Shown here: one piece after another, positions 24,519-35,879 of the stretch | How the letters are laid out: the number at the start of each line of letters is the position of its first letter | Numbering within the stretch: position 1 is the stretch's first letter | Origin: Mercenaria mercenaria | Lineage: Eukaryota | Assembly: GCF_021730395.1 (NCBI RefSeq) | Contig: NC_069372.1 | Location: 63,039,754 to 63,103,753, forward strand | Direction of reading: 5' to 3' | DNA length: 64,000 nucleotides | Position numbers and translations under genes: made by a program | The notes under the pieces: generated by a model | Told to the model about the DNA's origin: nothing | The model's input: the letters and a program-made list of their open reading frames with translations, nothing else | Database searches by the model: none

Positions 24519-24718
24519 GTATATGAACATGTTAGAAACTAAAAAAAGCAAAAAAAAAATCAAGGGTCACCATGCTTGTTCAGAGTTATCTGCCCTTAAA
24601 ACTGGATTTTTCTTCAAATCTGCATATTCACAGGCAGATAATTACTGAACAAGCATGGTGACCTTCGATTTTTTTTCCATTATTCTGTTTCTAACATGAC
24701 ACTGTGTTCATATACAAA
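24519..24718. repeat. Long imperfect inverted repeat or foldback (arms ~75-85 bp, ~80% identical, ~50-bp spacer)
   Basis: The left arm is gtatatgaacatgttagaaac...atcaagggtcaccatgcttgttcagagttatctgcc. The right arm is ggcagataattactgaacaagcatggtgaccttcgatttttttt...gtttctaacatgacactgtgttcatatac. Confidence 0.7.
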
Positions 24719-25205
24719 GATTAAACAAATTCTATTATTGGAATTTTTTTTTCACAAAACTGCCGCAACCATTCTTAAGATGGCTGATATTATATAACGT
24801 TATAAATTTACATGAACTGTAACTTAAGTATGTGGAAGCGATTTACAAAAAGATAATGCTTACCAACATAAATCATGGTACTAACATTTTATCTAGAAAA
24901 TGAGAGATTATATATTCTGTCTACCTTTATCAGACTAGCTTGGAAGTGCTGTTTCAGGATTAGGAATTTTCTAAATAATTGTACAGAGAGTTGGCCATAT
25001 CCCCTGCCTGTGTGTTTCAAAACTGTAGAGGGGAGGTACCGGGGTACTAGTAAATTAGAAAAGGTTTTCCGCTCATTTCCATCTACCAGTACACCATTTG
25101 ATTCTGTTCAGTACTTGCAAAGTACAGGAATGGAGGTAAATAAAAAAAATCAGAGTTAACGTTCTTGTGCTGTTGTGAAAAAACAAAAATTGAAGACTTG
25201 GATAT

Positions 25206-25392
25206 TACTTTAACCTTTAGCCTGCTAAATTTCTAAAATGAACTGGTCCATCATTGAATTTGGGCAGTGCCATTTGTTATTCGAATGGGTGTTCACTGAA
25301 AACTTACTGAATAGCAAACAGTGCAGGCTGATCTTGGTCAGCACTGGTCACAAAGGCAGAATCACGTGCTGCTAGCAGACTAAAGGTTAAGC
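25206..25392. mobile_element. MITE candidate (~165 bp internal) with ~15-bp TIRs, flanked by TTAA on both sides
   Basis: TTAAcctttagcctgcta ... tagcagactaaaggTTAA. The TIR is CCTTTAG(C/T)CTGCTA with one mismatch. A partial duplication gcagactaaa follows. Confidence 0.45.
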
Positions 25393-26084
25393 AGACTAAA
25401 ATTTACATCTACAAAGTACTGAAACGTGTAAAAAGCTGCTTTTATTACTTCCCTGTGTTTTACTGGATAAAACTTACAGTTTGTCTATCATCTGTCAGTC
25501 CAGCAGAAAATCAGTCTGTCACACAAAGTGGGATCTTGTAGTAACTTAAAATTTACGAAATATTTTTTTTTTTCATTAAACTTTATAAAATGGAAAGATG
25601 CCAATATGCAGATTTTGCATGTCTTTTTTTATTTGTTTCTACAGCAAAAATGTGGTTGCTATGGCAACACTTAATCCAAAAATATGACAAATGAGCTGTC
25701 TCATAACAACACACTACACTATTGGAAGGCTTGTCAGTAAAATGGATTTTTTTATCTAAGAATCTTGTTCAATTGCAACCAACATCTGTGTAGATCTTCA
25801 CAGGACTTCATGCCTTAACCTTGTGTTAATACCTGAAAGATGAGTGTGAAGTTTTAACATAGTGTCACGGTACCATACTCTTTTAAAAACTTTCCCTTAA
25901 ATTTTTAAATTCAACTGGACAGCTTAACTCTGGAAATATTGCAGATAGTTACGCATATTGTCACATTAATGAACATTGTCACTATGAGCAAGTACAGCAA
26001 GTTCTAACTGCATACCTCGGTAATGAAGATATTGGACTTATAAAAAGTTTAAACAAAAGTTAAAAAGGGTAATGATTCTGGAAA

Positions 26085-26160
26085 ACTGCAGGTAGAGTTA
26101 CACAATGGACGGACGGTGAGTGATCACAATAGCTCTACCCAAGCACTTGTGCTCAGTTGA
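26085..26160 (+). mobile_element. Solo 3' terminus of a B-like element (5'-truncated copy)
   Basis: ggacggacggtgagtgatcacaatagctctacccaagcacttgtgctcagttgagctaaaaac shows (GGAC)n, then gatcacaatagctc, a hairpin, and gagctaaaaa. Confidence 0.55.
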
Positions 26161-27065
26161 GCTAAAAACATAGAATTTTTGAAAATTGTGCCTACAGCAG
26201 AATTTTGAGGATTTTTATCTCACAAGACCACAAGACTGTCTGTCCCAAACTGATGAACAATGTAACAAAAGATTTGACTTAAGACTGGTTAGAAAATAAT
26301 TTAAATATAAAGGATGGCTTTCTTCCGAGATGAACATTATAAAGGGTTTGTTTTCTGTTGCCACAACAACTAAAGTACCAGTACTGCATAAATCACTTTT
26401 GTTCGCTCTTAGGTGTATAACTACAAAAGGTAGATTCTATGAAGCTTAGTTTGACAAATGAATGTATTTCATACAGAAAATAAAAAGCATGATGATATTT
26501 CTATATAAATGCCTTTATTTAAACATACCGGTAATTCACAGAAAGTAACATAAGAAAAAACAACACATTTTACTTTAACCACTGAAAACAAAATTTAATG
26601 CATAATACATGTACGTAAATTTGCGTACCTGGCACAAATTGATGATGTTAGACAAATACACAGGCACAGGTATCATATATATGGTATGCAGTATATCATT
26701 TGAAAGGGGCTCATGTTTCTCTACGTTTATTTTCATTTTGGGTCGATTTCAGGTGAAAACACCCTGGTCATAATAGTTTCATCCCAGGTCTGATACCTGT
26801 GCCTGTTGCTAAATATAGAACATATGTGATGAACTATTACAATACATCTTGTGTTAAAAGAACTTTATTACAACGTGTTAAACATGAAATATTGTAAACT
26901 CCACTACACACGATTAACAATATTCCAGCGCAAAGGCTGAAAATGATGCCAAGTTTAAATACCTTTAAAGGGGCATTTCTGAATTCTTTGTAAAACTAGC
27001 TGCCCACGAGCAACATGTCGAGCCCACTAGCTGTCAAAAGGACTGGGAGTTGCACATGACACTAA

Positions 27066-27700
27066 GTCCACACAAAAATCCTAACCATTAGAGATAGGTC
27101 ATAATACACCTCAGAATTTTGTACTACAGAAAAGTGGTCTTAACTTTTCCCTAGAACGAGTAACAAAAAAAATTACAATATAAGCTATTTATAGGATCAA
27201 CAAAGGGAAGTAATTCTAGGTTCTTGCGCATGACACTCCATCTCATGATGGTGAACAACAGTGCCAGGTTACATCAAAATCCCTCTATGCATGAAAAAGA
27301 AATGCTCGAAACAGTCATTCTTGCATCTAACGTTTGACCTCTAAGTGTGACAATGACCTTAGACCTAGGGACCTGGTTCGTGCATATTTATGCCAAGTTA
27401 CATCAAATTCCCACCATGTGTTAAGAAGAAATGCTTTGGACAAACTCATTCTTCAAATTGAATTTTGACCTCCAACTGTGACCTTGACCTTTGAGATAGG
27501 AACATGGGATTTGCCCAAGACACTCCTTCTCATTTAGTTAAACATTCATGCCAAATATAAACAATATTGGTCCATACATGTCAAAGTTATGGTCCGGACA
27601 AAATCTAATGGATGCACACACACATAGTCGCATGCACATACACCAACCCACCAAAAGTGGCAACTAAGTCAAGCTCACTGCAAGCAGGCTTGGCAAAAAT
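27066..27700 (+). mobile_element. C-family element (~200-bp conserved leader, ~2.5 satellite monomers, hairpin plus A tail)
   Basis: The leader gtccacacaaaaatcctaacc...acagaaaagtggtcttaac.tttccctag...aaagggaagtaattctag matches 33099-33260 and 49549-49930. The monomers contain gtgaca.tgaccttagacctagggacctggttc. The tail is caagctcactgcaagcaggcttggcaaaaa. Confidence 0.6.
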
Positions 27701-27782
27701 TATGGAAGTACTTCAGTTAGCTACAGAAAACAGAGATTCTGTGAGCTCTAGGTACATTCCTGAAGGAACTAAAGTGTGTATT

Positions 27783-29091
27783 AACAAGACCATGATGGTC
27801 CTGAATCGCTCACCTGTCCCAACATGACCCAGTTTTGAACTGAGTATGACGTTCTCTTTTCTATTAATTGACAAAGTGACCTAGTTTTTGAGCTCATGTG
27901 ATCCAGTTTTGAACTTGACCTAGATATCAGCAAGATAAAACTTCTGACCAATTTTCATGAAGATACATTGAAAAATATGACCTCTGGAGTGGTCACAAGG
28001 TTTTTCTATTATTTGACCTAATGACCTAGTTTTTGAAGGCACGTGATCCAGTTACGAACTTGACCTAGATATCATCAAGGTGAACATTCTCACCAATTTT
28101 CATGAAGATCTCATGAAAGTACAGTCTCTAGAGAGGTCACAAGGTTTTTTTATTTTTAGACCTACTGACCTACTTTTTGACCGCACATATGACCCAGTTT
28201 CAAATCTAGATATTTTCAAGATGAACATTCAGATCAATTTTTATACTGATCCCATGAAAAATATGGCCTCTAGAGAGGTCAAAATGTTTCTCTATTTTTA
28301 CACCTACTGACCTAGCTTTTGACTGCACATAACCCGGTTTTGTACTTTACCTAGATATCATCAAGGTGAACATTCTCATCAATTTTCATGATGATCCATT
28401 GAAAAATATGGCCACAGGGAGGTCACAAGGATTTTCTATTTTTAGACCTACTGACCTAGTTTTGCACCGCATGCAACCCAGTTTCAAACTTGACCTAGAT
28501 ATCATCAAGGTGAACTTTCTGACCAATTTTCATGAAAATCCCATGAAAACTATGGCCTCTAGGAAGATCACAAAGTTTTTCTATTTTTAGACCTACTGAC
28601 CTAGTTTTCGATCGCACATGACCCAGTTTCAAACTTGACCTAGATATCATCAATGTAAACATTCTGATCTATTTTCATGAAGATCTCATGAAAATTATGG
28701 CCTGTAGAGAGGTCAAAGAGGTATTTTTAGACTTACTGACCTAGTTTTTTGACCGCACGTGACCAAGTTTCAAAGCTGACCTAGATATCATCAAGGTGAA
28801 CATTCTGACCAATTTTCATGAAGATCCATTGAAAAATATGCCCTCTAGGGAGGTTACAAGGTTTTTCTATTTTTAGACCTACTGATGTAGTTTGGAAGGC
28901 ACGGAACCCAGTTTCGAACTTGACCTAGATATCAACAAGATAAACCTTCTGACCAACTTTCATAAAGATCCCAAGAAAAATGTGACCTCTAGAGCGGTCA
29001 CAAGCAAAAGTTTACAGACGGACGGACACACGACAGACGCCGCGCGATCACAAAAGCTCACCTTGTCTCTTTGTAACTGGTGAGCTAAAAA
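27783..29091 (+). mobile_element. B-type satellite-carrying element (5' palindromic head, ~8 monomers of ~166 bp, (GACR)n, 3' hairpin, gagctaaaaa)
   Basis: The 5' end is aacaagaccatgatggtcctgaatcgctcacctgtccc. Monomers read gacctagatatcatcaaggtgaacattctgaccaattttcatgaagatc.catgaaaaatatggcctctagagaggtcacaaggtttttctatttttagacctactgacctagtttttgaccgcacatgacccagttt. The 3' end is gacggacggacacacgacagacgccgcgcgatcacaaaagctcaccttgtctctttgtaactggtgagctaaaaag. Confidence 0.75.
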
Positions 29092-29261
29092 GCTTCATAC
29101 TCATGATACTGTGTAAAATTGATGTCAAGTAGAATTCATGTATACATTGTATTATATCTTACTCATTAAATCAAGTTTTAACACTGAAGTATGTTTTTTA
29201 GATTTCTTATTGTTGCATCTTTAAAAAGACAGATATTGTGCACTGCTAATTAAATGAGCCT

Positions 29262-29480
29262 CACCATGAGAAAACCAACATAGTGGCTTTGCGACCAGCA
29301 TGGATCCAGACCAGCCTGCACATCTGTGCAGTCTTGTCAGGATCCATGCCGTTCGCTTTCAAAGCCTATTGTAATTAGAGAAACCGTTAATGAACACCAT
29401 GGATCCTGACCAGACTGCACTAATGCGCAGGCTGGTCTGGATCCATGCTGGTCGCAAAGCCACTATGTTGGTTTTCTCAT
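29262..29480. repeat. ~215-bp near-perfect palindrome (arms ~84 bp with ~5 mismatches, ~48-bp centre)
   Basis: catgagaaaaccaacatagtggctttgcgaccagcatggatccagaccagcctgc.ca...gtcaggatccatg faces its reverse complement at 29395-29480. Symmetric ORFs on both strands (29359-29580 - and 29390-29587 +) reflect the palindrome. Confidence 0.8.
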
Positions 29481-29829
29481 GGCATGGCTCAAATATACCT
29501 AAACTACTGATCACATTGACCAAAAGTAGTAAAAACTGCTTAAGTATATTTAATTTCTTTATCACATATTTAATAAACAATATATAGAAAAATCGTGTTT
29601 TAATATCTTAACACATCAATTAGGTTATACAAATGCAGTATATCACAAGGGCTAAACCTGAGTGATTTATTCCACATGGCGTACAACCAATATGGAGGAT
29701 TAAGTTTTTTAAATTATGGTTCTACTATTCATTTTTATTTTATTCTGAAATATCTTTTACGTAAAATATTGGATTAAATCTGCAAGAACTATTTGTTGGC
29801 ACATGTATGGCTCAAAATGGAAGGTTAAC

Positions 29830-30073
29830 ACGCTGTAAATGTAGAAGAAGATTTTTAAAGTTTTTCCTTTCGGTTGCCATGGCAACCAGAGTTCTGCTTG
29901 GAATAAAATTCTTTTAACAATTTTTGTAGAGCTTTACCCAAGGAACATTCCTGTGAAGTTTGGATGAAATTGGCCGAGCGGTTTATGAAGAGATGTCCTT
30001 TAAAGTAAAAGCTTATGGATGCCGGACAGTGAGTGATCAGAATAGCTCACCCTGAGCCTTTGGCTCTGGTGAG
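29830..30073 (+). mobile_element. 3' terminal fragment of a B-like element, containing a 16-bp perfect palindrome ggttgccatggcaacc
   Basis: It ends ggatgccggacagtgagtgatcagaatagctcaccctgagcctttggctctggtgagctaaaaag, the same terminus architecture as 26085-26160, 29040-29091 and 55985-56090. Confidence 0.5.
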
Positions 30074-30281
30074 CTAAAAAGAAAAGTATTTTCAGTTAAA
30101 AATTACTGAAACCAGGCATCTTCTGGTAAGTTAAAAAGCCAAAGATAAGAGCAGCATGATGATATACACAATATAAATGTATAAAGTCAACATAAAGCTA
30201 ACATGAACAAACAAGGAAATGCAAAATTGTGTGTGATCCCCTGGTGTATGACCAATGTTGTTTTATTATGGTTTCATTTAT

Positions 30282-30345
30282 TTTTTTTTTTTTGTTGGAT
30301 TTAACGTCGCACCGACACATGATAGGATATTGTGGTTTTAAGTTA
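30282..30345 (-). mobile_element. 5'-truncated SINE copy: ~45-bp 3' tail plus poly(A) (seen as T13 on the + strand)
   Basis: tttttttttttttgttggatttaacgtcgcaccgacacatgataggatattgtgg has the same tail motif as 63490-63530. Confidence 0.55.
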
Positions 30346-30804
30346 AAGTGAAGGTGATATGTGGGTCAAAGTCATTTATGTATAGGTCAGTTTGAAGGTC
30401 TTGCCACAAGGAATGTTGAATGTGAGAATGAACTAAATCGGCTCATTATGTCCACTGTTGGCAATCTGGTTTGTATGGGCAGACAGTTCAATCGCTATAT
30501 GCTCAAGTTCATAAAAGCTTTTACTTCCGTAGCAACACCAACTTCTTCTAAATATTGTTCTCCCCCACTAAATCTGGATGTCGTCAAAACAGCAACCCGT
30601 TATCACTAAGCAGCGTTGACGTAAACTTTTGCCCCTTTCCTTTTGTTGTTCATATGAAATGAATGTCAAATTTTTCAATGGAAAAGAATAGGGCAAATGT
30701 AAATATTAATTTTCAACATTTTTTTTCTCTAGAAATAGCAAAATACAATTATTTTTTCAGTTATGAGTCACATATGTAAATAACAGAATTTGAAAGAAAA
30801 TGAA

Positions 30805-30900
30805 GCTTTTTCCCCTCTGCTTTTCTGAGGACTTGGGACCTCCAAATTTCCAGTCTGTCACTGTTCAGATTCACATACATTCACTTCTCATTAATATGAA
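30805..30900 (-). repeat. Dispersed repeat. It matches 14100-14230 (+) in reverse complement over about 45-90 bp.
   Basis: aaatttggaggtcccaagtcctcagaaaagcagagggg (reverse complement of 30810-30855) matches atctggaggtcccaagtcctcagaaaagcagaggg at 14178-14215. Confidence 0.5.
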
Positions 30901-31129
30901 GTAAAGTGCTAGTGTGAATCAATCAAAGACAAACTTTAAATCAGGTAGCATTAGAAATCCTTCATTATTTATGGGCAAAAATCACCCTTTTAAATTTTTG
31001 AATTCCAAAACATCCACTGTAAACCTTAAAAACAGCATAACCTACAGGTGCCATTGCTCGTCTGCAAGTGCTGGATTTTCTAGTATGAAAAGGGCCATAA
31101 TTCTGACAAAATGAATGGGTCTTGGCATA

Positions 31130-31412
31130 CATTTGTTTGTTTTGGGTTTAACGCCGTTTTTCAACAGTATTTCAGTCATGTAACTGGGGGCAGTTAACCT
31201 AACCAGTGTTCCTGGATTCTGTACCAGTACAAACCTGTTCTCTGCAAGTAACTGCATACTTCCCCACATGAATCAGAGGTGGAGGACTAATGATTTCAGA
31301 CACAATGTCGTTTATCAAATAGTCACAGACAATGTACGCCCCACCCGAGGATCGAACTCGCGACCCCATGATCCGTAGACCGACGCTCTACCTACTGAGC
31401 TAACTTGGCTTA
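31130..31412 (-). mobile_element. tRNA-derived SINE (~285 bp): degenerate tRNA-Arg(ACG)-like head at 31337-31412, body, tail ...cggcgttaaacccaaaacaaacaaa
   Basis: The reverse complement of 31337-31412 is GCCAAGTTAGCTCAGTAGGTAGAGCGTCGGTCTACGGATCATGGGGTCGCGAGTTCGATCCTCGGGTGGGGCG. The D arm, anticodon loop CTACGGA and T loop GTTCGATCC are tRNA-like, but the acceptor and anticodon stems are broken. It is ~85% identical to the copy at 36326-36612. Confidence 0.65.
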
Positions 31413-33098
31413 CATGGTCCCCTAATATAGTCCCTTAATAATGATAAACAAGTGTGCAAAGTTTCAAAGCTGTAGCTCTTACAGTTTTTGAGAAAAGATG
31501 GACCTAAACAAAGAATTTAACCAAGAAACTGATTTTTTAAGTTATTTAACATTTTTCTCTTTCTACAGTATCACTTTGAATGAATGATTTCTCTCTGTGA
31601 ACGCACAGAGACATTACCTTAAGTTACCACAGATCCACATCCTTACTGTATGTCTTGGACAGTTTGCAGCTGGACTTTTCTTCAACTGAAAGTAAACAAA
31701 AGAACATACTGTATAAGTGGTTAAGTTAGCGAGGTGGAAATATTAGCGAATTGACAAAATTTGCTAATAATTTCTCCAGCGTAAATATCAGCCAACCAAT
31801 CACAAAAATGTCTCATAACACCCATAGTAAACAATATTTCGTCTTTGTATGTACTCTTTACAAGTTAAATCTACTTTTTGGGGCCTTAGATAGCCATAGA
31901 TGTTTGGATACACTTCAGAAAGGGAACAAGTATTTGATTATATTTCCACTTTTTAACAGGTACAAAACTAGCAAAGCTAATTACTGTAAACCACATTCTA
32001 GATAATGGCTCCAGACAAGTGGAAGGAAGACGCTAAAACTATCCAGCCTTTGGATGGGGATATTTCATCATTACCACTTGATGCTGTTTTTCTGCTGAAT
32101 CCAAATTACCATGCCCCCTTGCAGTCATATTTTTGACAGAGTAACCTGAACACTTTGTTGTAACTAACATGAAGATCATTAATTTTGTGTGTAATTATTT
32201 TAAAATCTGACCAACAATTTTTTACAAAAAGATTTTTATTAAATATTGCACTTATTACATGTAGAGAAAAGTGACCAATCCTCAAACAGCCTTCTCTTCA
32301 TTTATGAAACTAAATATTTTGAACACTCTTGGTAGAGTGGCACAAAAGTTACCATTGTGTAAAATCATTTAAAAATCTGGCAGGTGGTTTCTGATAAAAA
32401 ATATTTCAGTTTCCTCTACCTACCAATAGGGCAGTGTGACCATCCCCTCTGGTGACCATGGTTTTCTCTTTTATTCGATTGATGAATGATAGTTATCAAC
32501 TGGACAGAGTGTAAAATTAGTATGCACATTCTATGCCCCAATCTTTCTTAAAAGCTGCAGGAGACAAATCTCGGGCTTTCAACCTAGGGTGCATTTGACA
32601 CTGTTCTCACATTTTTAGCTTTATGTTGTAGACTGATAAATACATTCTCAAAATTGGAGACTACGCACCATCTCAAGTCATCTTCATTCTGACCAGTGTA
32701 CAATCTGCTTTTTCTCCATTCTCTATATAATGTCAACCACTATTTCGCTCTTGAACTATCGTCGTCCTTATCACCCTGAAACATTTAAAACAGATTGTAC
32801 ATTATATACAAACTAAAAATTTAGTACCTGTAACAGTAACAAGTGAATGAAGTATTGCCTTGCAATACAAAGTCACCTACTGGAAGGCACCTAATTTCCT
32901 CTACTGCAGTATAGCATAATGAACTGATATCTGTCAATGATGTATAACCAATATTGTACTATATATACAGTATGTTATAAACAAAAGACTTGGATTAAAA
33001 TTTGTATATATAAAACCCTATAGTTGTTTTCATACAGCATTTCTGGCTGATTATCAAAAAAGTAACGTTATTTATAGTAACAAAAAAAAATCCATATA

Positions 33099-34059
33099 AG
33101 TCCACACAAAACTCTTTACCAGGAAGAGATAGGTCAAAATACACCTAAACATTGGATGTAACATGCATGTTGTACCACAGAAAACTGGTCTCTATTTTTC
33201 CCTACGGCCTGCATAAGTAAGGCACAACAACAAAGGGAAATAATTCTAAAGAACAAGAGTGCCTCATGGTGGTGAACATTTGTGCAAAGTTATATCAAAA
33301 TCCCTCCATGCATAAAGAAGAAATACTCTGAACAACAGTCATTCTTGAATTTGGCATTTGACCTCTAAGCCTGACCTTGACCTTAGATCTAGGGACCTGG
33401 TTCTTGTGCATAACAATCTGTCTCATGAAAATGAACATTTATGCAAAGTTACATCAAAATCCCTCCATGCATGAAAAAGAAGTGTTCCAGACAAAGTCAT
33501 TCTTGTATCTGACCTTTGCATCTGTGTGTGACCTCGACCTTCAACCTAAGGACCAGGTTCTTGTGCATGACACTCCCTCTCATAGTGGAGATAAATTTGT
33601 GCCAAGTAATATTCAAATCCTGTTTTGCATGACAAAGTTAATACACCGGACATGAAAATGTCCCATTAACCTTTCATCTCCAAGTGTGTGACTTTGACCT
33701 TTAAGCTTGGGTTTTGGGTGTTGCACATGACACGTTGTTTCATCATGGGGAACATTTATGCCAAGTAATATTAAAATCCCTAGATGGATGTCAGAGTTCT
33801 GGACCGAACAGGAAAAAAAAACCACCACTGACCTTTGACCTTCAATTGTGGCCTTGATCTTTGAGCTAGGGGTCAGGATTTTGTGCATGACACTTCATCT
33901 CATCACGGGGAACATTTGTGCCGAGTAATACTGAAATCCCTTCATGGATGACAGAGTTATGGACCAGACACGAAATGGTGGAAGGACGGACGGACGTAGT
34001 GACGGATGGAAAAGCGCATTCCTATAGTCCCCAAAACTGGTTTTCAACCAGTAGGGGAC
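33099..34059 (+). mobile_element. C-family element (leader 33099-33260, ~4.5 monomers of ~150 bp, (GGAC)n, 35-bp terminal palindrome)
   Basis: The leader is gtccacacaaaactctttaccaggaagagataggtcaaaatacacc...acagaaaactggtctctatttttccctac. The monomers contain tgaccttgaccttagatctagggacctggttcttgtgcat. The tail is ggacggacggacgtagtgacggatggaaaagcgcattcctatagtccccaaaactggttttcaaccagtaggggactaa. Confidence 0.65.
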
Positions 34060-35428
34060 TAACAAGAGCTGTCTGATGACAGTGCGCTTGACTATTCAAA
34101 GAATTGATTGAAGAATGGGGTCAAAATATTTCCACAGATATTCAGACAAAAGAAATAAATAGATTAGACAAACAATGTTCCTCTATTTCTTTGATTTCGA
34201 TAAGTCTAAATGGCAATGTATGAACCAATTTCAAAGTCCAAAAAGGGCCATAATTCAGTCAAAATAGTTATGTACTCTTGCCTACAGATGGAAATCATAA
34301 TGATAACAGGTGTTCAAAGTTTAAAAGCCATATGTCAAATAGTTTTGACAAAACGTGGACTTGTATGAAAACAGAACCAATTTCGAAGTCCAGAAAGGGC
34401 CATAATTCAGCCAAAATAGATGACAGAGTTATGTACTCTTTCCTACAGACAGAGACTATTATACTAAACAAGTGATAAAAGTTTCAAAGCCATATGTCAA
34501 ACACTTTACAAAAAATATGAACTGGTACGGAAAACTTAACCAAGATTTCTAAGTCAAAAGGGGCCATAATTCAGCCAAAATCCTTGATGGAGTTATGTAC
34601 TCTTGCCTATAACTGGATATGGTGATATGGTGATGGTAAACAGGTGCTGAAAGTTTCAAAGCTTTATCTCAAAAGACTGTCAAAATATGAACTGGTACGA
34701 AATATTTACCCAGATATTCAAGTCAAAAAGGGCCATAATTCAGCCAAAATCCTTGATGGAGTTATGTACTCTTGCCTATAACTGGATATGGTGATGGTAA
34801 ACAGGTGTTGAAAGTTTCAAAGCTTTATCTCAAAAGACTTTGTCAAAATATGAACTGGTACGAAATATTAACCCAGATTTCTAAGTCAAAACGGGCCATA
34901 ATTCAGCCAAAATCCTTGATGGAGTTATGTGCTCTTGCCTATAACTGGACATGGTGATGGTAAACAAGTTTTGAAAGTTTCAAAGCTTTATCTCAAAAGA
35001 CTTTGTCAAAATATGAACTGGTACGAAAAAATGAACAAAGATTTCTAAGTCCAAAGGGGCCATAATTCAGCCAAAATCCTTGATGGAGTTATGTACTCTT
35101 GCCTGTAACTGGCCATGGTGATAGTAAACAAGTGTTGAAAGTTTCAAAGCTTTATCTTAAAAGACTTTGTCAAAATATGAACTGGTACGAAAAACTTAAC
35201 CATGATTTCTAAGTCAAAAGGGGCCATAATTCAGCCAAAATCCTTGTAGTTATGTACTCTTGCCTATAACTGGCCACAGTGATGGTAAATAAGTGTTGAA
35301 AGTTTCAAAGCTTTATCTCAAAACACTTTGTCAAAATGTGGACTGGTACGAAAAACTTAACCAAGGTGTGACGCCGACACCGTGGCGAGTAGGATAGCTC
35401 TACTTATTCTTCGAATAGTCGAGCTAAT
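34060..35428 (+). mobile_element. A-iv-type satellite-carrying element (5' hairpin module, ~120-bp leader, ~9 monomers of ~150 bp, GC-rich tail), abutting the preceding C element
   Basis: The 5' end is aacaagagctgtctgatgacagtgcgcttgactattcaaag. Monomers read gggccataattcagccaaaatccttgatggagttatgtactcttgcctataactgg...aaagtttcaaagctttatctcaaaagactttgtcaaaatatgaactggtacgaaa. The 3' end is ggtgtgacgccgacaccgtggcgagtaggatagctctacttattcttcgaatagtcgagctaataaa. A second copy lies at 53468-54912. Confidence 0.75.
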
Positions 35429-35879
35429 AAATGTATAAAATGTCTTTGAACAAAATCACTAGTATTGATCAATCATAGTAACTCGGAATTCAGCACACAG
35501 AAAACAAATCAAAGTGACATTAAATGAAACACGATAATGCTTAATATGTTAAAAAGTCCAGCTACAGAAAGTTCCATTATATATTTTTATTTTTTATTTT
35601 TTTGGACATGTTGAGACTGAAGGAACAGTATGAGAAATTTGAACTAGGTTTACCACAGTGACCAGAGGTCAAATCTGCTGAAACAGATTGTACACATACC
35701 TCAACTTCATCCTTCGCAACCTCTAGTAATTGCTCCTTCTGGGATTGGTGACAAGTGCCCCAGGTTCTTTTGAGCCAGAATAGTCCAATGTCATGTATGC
35801 TTGAACTTCACTTCTAATAATGACCATAAAATAAAACAAGCACCATCAGACTTTGTCTGTGAAATAAATATTATAGTCA

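Noticed and set aside
27783-29091. CRISPR-like interpretation of the regular direct repeats
   Set aside because: The units are 140-180 bp with no unique spacers. This is eukaryotic AT-rich DNA. These are satellite monomers carried by mobile elements.
31337-31412. Functional tRNA-Arg genes at 31337-31412 and 36541-36612 (minus strand)
   Set aside because: The acceptor and anticodon stems do not pair (for example TCGGT against TCATG). Both are embedded at the head of ~285-bp repeated units with a conserved body and A-rich tail. They are therefore SINE heads or pseudo-tRNAs, not tRNA genes.
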